Assembly (NCBI GenBank): GCA_036159995.1
Contig: JAYYEI010000070.1
Location: 11,928 to 75,927 of the forward strand
Length of the DNA stretch: 64,000 nucleotides
Source of the DNA: Bacteroidota bacterium
GTDB lineage: Bacteria; Bacteroidota; Bacteroidia; Flavobacteriales_D; Sanyastnellaceae
Direction of reading: 5' to 3'
Below the pieces are notes generated by a model, which saw nothing but the letters and a program-made list of their open reading frames with translations, was not told the origin of the DNA and made no database searches. Made by a program: the position numbers and the translations under genes. Numbering within the stretch: the stretch's first letter is position 1; each line of letters starts with the position of its first letter. Shown one piece after another: positions 59,973-64,000 of this stretch.

Positions 59973-60557
59973 ATGAATGTGACCACGACTTCCCCATCCC
60001 GTCTCGATCGGTCTCCGGTCCCCTCGGTGCTCTTTGGGCATGCGGCAGCAGGCGCGGCCTTGGTGATGATCGGGTATTTCCTCGCAATTCTGCGCCATTT
60101 CGAATGGATTCTCGGAGCGTGGTCCACGCCCTTTGTCCTGATGGTGGTGGTGGCGGTGATGGTCATGGTCCTGTTGACTGTCCGGCGGGAAGAGGGCGAA
60201 TTGGCGTTTGGGCGGGCTTTTGGGCTGGCGCTGTTGGCCGGCTGGCTGGCGCGTCTCGGATACAACCTGTTCAACCTGGTGTATTTCCATCTCCTGTACC
60301 CAGAGCATGTTGAGGCCTACGTCGAACTGGTGGTGGACAAATCCTCGGAGGCACTGGGGGTGTTCGGCCTCGATGCCGAGGCGCTCGGAGGAGCAGACAT
60401 GGCGGGCCTCTTTCGGGAGCAGGCGCTGTGGTCGCTTTCTCCAGCGGGGCAGGGGGCCGACGCCTTGACGGCCATCGTGTGGGTGGCCATCGTGGCCCTC
60501 ATCGTGTCCGCCATCCTGAAAAGGCCGCCCGAGTCCGGCCCCGGCTTGGATGCCTGA
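59973..60557 (+). CDS. membrane protein, DUF4199-like
   Basis: Start at ATG 59973 (MNVTTTSPSRL...), 194 aa. Three to four TMs with a soluble insert, as in Bacteroidota DUF4199 proteins (from memory). The upstream part of the track ORF overlaps the SDR gene and is rejected. Confidence 0.55.
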   Translation: MNVTTTSPSRLDRSPVPSVLFGHAAAGAALVMIGYFLAILRHFEWILGAWSTPFVLMVVVAVMVMVLLTVRREEGELAFGRAFGLALLAGWLARLGYNLFNLVYFHLLYPEHVEAYVELVVDKSSEALGVFGLDAEALGGADMAGLFREQALWSLSPAGQGADALTAIVWVAIVALIVSAILKRPPESGPGLDA

Positions 60558-60611
60558 CCGTACCTTTCGGCCTGAACCGGGGCCACAGCCGGCCCCCATT
60601 TCGACCCAACC

Positions 60612-61595
60612 TTGGACACCCGAACCCTGACTTCTCCGTTGCGGCCCGAATTGGACCTGAGCATCGTGGTGCCCCTCTTCAATGAGGAGGAGAGCCTGCC
60701 CGAGCTCATGGCCTGGATCGACCAGGTGCTCAAGGGACGGAACTACGAGGTGGTTTTCGTCGACGATGGGTCCACCGATGGTTCGTGGGAGGCGGTCCGC
60801 CGTCTCAAGGACACCTTCGGAGACAAGGTGGTCGGGGTGAGTTTCGCTCGGAACCACGGCAAGAGTGCCGCCCTGCACACCGGATTCCGCCTTGTGCGGG
60901 GCCGGGTGGTGATCACGATGGACGCCGACTTGCAGGACAGTCCCGACGAGGTGCCCGAATTGGAGCGCAAGGTGCTCGAGGAGGGCTTCGACCTCGTCAG
61001 CGGATGGAAGAAGAAGCGGTACGACCCCATCACCAAGACGGTGCCGACCAAGCTCTACAACTGGGCCACGCGCCGGGTGAGCGGCATCCACCTGCACGAC
61101 TTCAACTGCGGGTTGAAGGCTTACCGCCGGGAGGTCGTCCGGGCGGTGGAGGTCAATGGGGAGATGCACCGCTACATCCCCGTGCTCGCCAAACAGGCTG
61201 GGTTCCATCGCATCGGTGAGCAAGTCGTCCAGCACCGCGCCCGCAAATACGGAGAGACCAAATTCGGGCTGGAGCGGTTCGTGAACGGCTTCCTCGACCT
61301 GCTGACAATCGCGTTCCTGGGCCGATTCGGACACAAGCCGATGCACCTGTTCGGTGTGCTCGGTACGCTCATGTTCGTTGGTGGATTCGGGCTCTTCGGG
61401 GCGATTGGTGGATACAAGCTTTGGGCAATGAGCCAGGGCATCGAAGCCAAGAACATCGCGGACATTAGTGCCTTTTACGTGGCCCTCGTCTGCATGGTGA
61501 TGGGCCTACAGTTGTTCCTCGCTGGGTTCCTCGGTGAACTCGTGACCCGGAATGCCCCGGGCCGCAACCATTATTTGCTCAAGGATCAGGTCTGA
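60612..61595 (+). CDS. polyprenol-phosphate glycosyltransferase (GT2, GtrB/ArnC/DPM1-like)
   Basis: 327 aa. SIVVPLFNEEESL, VVFVDDGSTDGS, MDADLQDSP, two C-terminal TMs. TTG start as given by the ORF track. Confidence 0.88.
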   Translation: MDTRTLTSPLRPELDLSIVVPLFNEEESLPELMAWIDQVLKGRNYEVVFVDDGSTDGSWEAVRRLKDTFGDKVVGVSFARNHGKSAALHTGFRLVRGRVVITMDADLQDSPDEVPELERKVLEEGFDLVSGWKKKRYDPITKTVPTKLYNWATRRVSGIHLHDFNCGLKAYRREVVRAVEVNGEMHRYIPVLAKQAGFHRIGEQVVQHRARKYGETKFGLERFVNGFLDLLTIAFLGRFGHKPMHLFGVLGTLMFVGGFGLFGAIGGYKLWAMSQGIEAKNIADISAFYVALVCMVMGLQLFLAGFLGELVTRNAPGRNHYLLKDQV

Positions 61596-61607
61596 TCCGA
61601 ACCGCCG

Positions 61608-62756
61608 TCAGGCGATGACGCCGCTGCCGAGGACTTCCTCGCCGGTTTCCGCGTCGTGCCACGCGGCGAACTGTCCCGAAGCGATGCCGGATTGAGGCGT
61701 GTCGAAGACCAGCGTGGAGGGCCCTTCACCGTGGAGGGTCAGGGTGGCGGGCTGCAGGGGCTGGCGGTATCGGAACCGGGCCAGGACGCGCATGGGCAGG
61801 TGGTCATCCGGTCGCAGGTCCGGTCGGATCCAATGAACGTCTTCGGGGGCCATGCTCAACCCTTGGCGGTGGAGTCCGGGGTGACGCTCGGATTCCCCCA
61901 CGAACAGGGCGTTGGAGTCCATGTCCTTGCCGATGACGAAGAGGGGCTCGGCGTGACCACCGACATTCAATCCGCGCCGCTGGCCGATTGTGAAGAAGTG
62001 GGCCCCAGGATGGGTGCCGACTTCAAGGGCTTGTCCGAGATCGAATTCCGGTGGGGACCAGGGGGATTCGCCCGCAATGACCGCCTCGGCAGGCAGCTTG
62101 ATGATGGGGCCGTGTTGGACCTCGAGCTGCTGCTGGAGGAATTCCGGCAGCTTGACCTTGCCGACGAAACACAGGCCCTGGCTGTCTTTCTTCTCTGCAT
62201 TGGGCAAGCCAATCTCGGCTGCGATGCGCCGGACTTCGGGCTTTTCGAGCTCGCCCACGGGGAAGAGCGCGTCGGACAGTTGTTCCTGATCGACCTGGCA
62301 GAGGAAATAGCTCTGGTCCTTGTTGCCGTCCACCCCGGCGAGCAGCTGATGGTGGCCATCGGGTGTGGTGGCCCGGCGGCAATAGTGACCGGTCGCGACA
62401 GCGTCGGCGCCCAGCTGGGCGGCGGCTTTCCGGAAGAGGTCAAACTTGATTTCCCGGTTGCAGAGGACATCCGGGTTGGGGGTTCGACCGGCGGCATACT
62501 CGGCAAACATGTGGTTCACAATCCGCTCCTTGTAGGCGTTGGAGAGGTCGATGACCTGGAAGGGAATGCCCAGATGCTGGGCGACGAGCAGGGCATCGTT
62601 GGCATCGTCCACCCAGGGGCAGGCGTTGTCCAGTGTGACCGAATCGTCGATCCAGTTGCGCATGAAGATGCCAATGACCTCGTGGCCCTCCTGTTGGAGA
62701 AGCCAGGCGGCGACACTGCTGTCCACACCACCGGAAAGTCCGACCACTACGCGCAT
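61608..62756 (-). CDS. mnmA: tRNA 2-thiouridine(34) synthase
   Basis: 382 aa. PP-loop [14 protein letters not shown], catalytic Cys contexts NPDVLCN and SQGLCFVG. Confidence 0.95.
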   Translation of the reverse strand: MRVVVGLSGGVDSSVAAWLLQQEGHEVIGIFMRNWIDDSVTLDNACPWVDDANDALLVAQHLGIPFQVIDLSNAYKERIVNHMFAEYAAGRTPNPDVLCNREIKFDLFRKAAAQLGADAVATGHYCRRATTPDGHHQLLAGVDGNKDQSYFLCQVDQEQLSDALFPVGELEKPEVRRIAAEIGLPNAEKKDSQGLCFVGKVKLPEFLQQQLEVQHGPIIKLPAEAVIAGESPWSPPEFDLGQALEVGTHPGAHFFTIGQRRGLNVGGHAEPLFVIGKDMDSNALFVGESERHPGLHRQGLSMAPEDVHWIRPDLRPDDHLPMRVLARFRYRQPLQPATLTLHGEGPSTLVFDTPQSGIASGQFAAWHDAETGEEVLGSGVIA

Positions 62757-62760
62757 TCTG

Positions 62761-62768
62761 CGAAACTA
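62761..62768 (-). promoter_or_regulatory. putative -7 promoter box TAGTTTCG for mnmA
   Basis: Exact match on the minus strand, 4 nt (caga) before ATG 62756. Confidence 0.45.
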
Positions 62769-62872
62769 ACCCCGGTGGGCATCAGGGAGTTCCATTCTCG
62801 TCCGATATTGTCACCTTACGGTGGGCAATTCGTCCATTTTGTGAAAGAACCCCCATTCCGGGGCAACCAAAG

Positions 62873-63472
62873 GTGAATCGATTCGTCAACTCCCCGACTG
62901 CGCCTCCTGGGCCGGACCAGTTGAGAGACTGGATCCTGTCCGCGCAAGCCGGTGAGCAACGGGGACAACAGCACATCTATGAGGCCTTCGCGCCCAACAT
63001 GATGCTGGCCATCCGACGGTACATCTCCGGGGAGCAGGAAGCGCTGGACGTATTGCAGGATGGATTCATCAAGGTGTTCGGCAACATTGGCGGATACACC
63101 TTCAAGGGGTCCTTCGAAGGATGGATGCGGCGCATCATGGTCCACATGGCCATCGATGCACTGAGGTCCAACAAGCAACTGCAATGGGTGGGGGAGAACG
63201 AGGAGATGCTGGATGTCCTGTCTGAGCGGCAACGGTCGGATGACGGGGATGGCCCGGAATGGGCCGGACTCGATTACCGGGACATCCTCGACGCGATGGA
63301 GGAGCTGTCGCCCATGTACCGGGCGGTGTTCAATCTATACGCGATCGAGGATCACGGACACCGGGAAATCTCAGCCAGACTGGGCATTTCCGAGGGGACA
63401 TCCAAGTCCAATTACGCCAAGGCCCGACGCAATTTGCGGGAGGTGCTGAGGCGGAAACTGAAAGAGAAGTGA
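62873..63472 (+). CDS. RNA polymerase sigma-70 family ECF sigma factor
   Basis: 199 aa. Region 2 (DVLQDGFIKVF, WMRRIMVHMAIDALR) and region 4 HTH (HREISARLGISEGTSKSNYAKARRNLRE). The GTG start is uncertain. Confidence 0.85.
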   Translation: MNRFVNSPTAPPGPDQLRDWILSAQAGEQRGQQHIYEAFAPNMMLAIRRYISGEQEALDVLQDGFIKVFGNIGGYTFKGSFEGWMRRIMVHMAIDALRSNKQLQWVGENEEMLDVLSERQRSDDGDGPEWAGLDYRDILDAMEELSPMYRAVFNLYAIEDHGHREISARLGISEGTSKSNYAKARRNLREVLRRKLKEK

Positions 63473-64000
63473 GCGAAGAACGAAAGGAAGACGACAGCCG
63501 TAAGCGCGCCGCGGGGGGCAGCTTCGAGCAAGGATTGAAGTCGGCGTTGGAAAAAGCGCCGGGGATGGTCGTTCCGTCGTGGGCGACCATGCAGACGGCC
63601 ATGGCCGGTGGAGCGGCCGGGGGGGCCGCTGCGGCCTCCTGGAGGTGGATTATCGGTCCCGCAGCGTCGGTGGCCCTCATTGGAGGAGCGATTTGGCATT
63701 CCGAGCGGGAAATGGACGAGCCGGTGGCAGAATCGCCGCTGGCCGAAGAGGTCCTGCAGGAAGGCCAAGGTTTGGATGAACGAAGCCCGGATGCCACGGA
63801 TGTTTTGGACTTCGCAGAGGCTGTCGGTACAGTTCCTCCAGAAGGACTTGACCTTTCCGACAAGATGAGCCCGCTGGGGAATACCGCACTCGCTGAGCCG
63901 GTGACGGAAACACCCCCCCCCGGTTCGAACAGCGCTGGTCAAGGGGCCGCGAATCCGGTGCCGGTGCCGTCGGATTGGGCCGAGCTTCCGGCCGAGAAAG
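63469..64000 (+). CDS. hypothetical single-TM protein, possible anti-sigma factor (5' fragment, runs off right edge)
   Basis: Manual translation from GTG 63469 (GTGA overlap with the sigma stop) stays open to the window end: MSEERKEDDSRKRAAGGSFEQGLKSALEKAPGMVVPSWATMQTAMAGGAAGGAAAASWRWIIGPAASVALIGGAIWHSEREMDEP... One hydrophobic helix. The call rests on position only. Confidence 0.4.
   Translation, partial: MSEERKEDDSRKRAAGGSFEQGLKSALEKAPGMVVPSWATMQTAMAGGAAGGAAAASWRWIIGPAASVALIGGAIWHSEREMDEPVAESPLAEEVLQEGQGLDERSPDATDVLDFAEAVGTVPPEGLDLSDKMSPLGNTALAEPVTETPPPGSNSAGQGAANPVPVPSDWAELPAEK

Overview
GC-rich (about 60% or more by eye, not computed) chromosomal segment that looks like core genome of a member of Bacteroidota. 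Supporting gene content: S46 dipeptidyl-peptidase, DUF4199/DUF4294-type proteins, a SprB-type repeat, TPR-PD40-OmpA envelope proteins, a split MacB-type ABC exporter and TAnnTTTG-type promoter boxes. I call 52 protein-coding genes, 2 of them cut by the window edges. They are tightly packed, with many 1- or 4-nt start/stop overlaps. They include recR, gyrB, aroC, ppc, yidC, rplS, trmD, mnmA, accC, kdsC, the histidine-utilisation genes hutH/hutI/ftcD, an M16 peptidase pair with ftsE, and a ccmBCDEF cytochrome c maturation cluster. I see no rRNA, tRNA, CRISPR array, transposase, integrase, phage gene or recognisable defence gene, and no intergenic gap is longer than about 175 bp. I could not identify a clear-cut novel multi-gene system; this reads as an ordinary housekeeping region. 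The observations most worth a second look are: (1) a recurrent TAnnTT(C/T)G -7 promoter box, mostly with C at position 7, often only 4-8 nt from the start codon, which implies leaderless mRNAs; (2) a streamlined variant System I ccm locus with a CxxxY CcmE, no ccmA/G/H nearby, enlarged CcmC and CcmF, and a DEDDh exonuclease translationally coupled where ccmA normally sits; (3) secreted proteins carrying short Cys-bounded NY...DDGSC modules; (4) several unexpected translationally coupled gene pairs. The many long antisense ORFs in the six-frame track are treated as GC-driven shadow ORFs.
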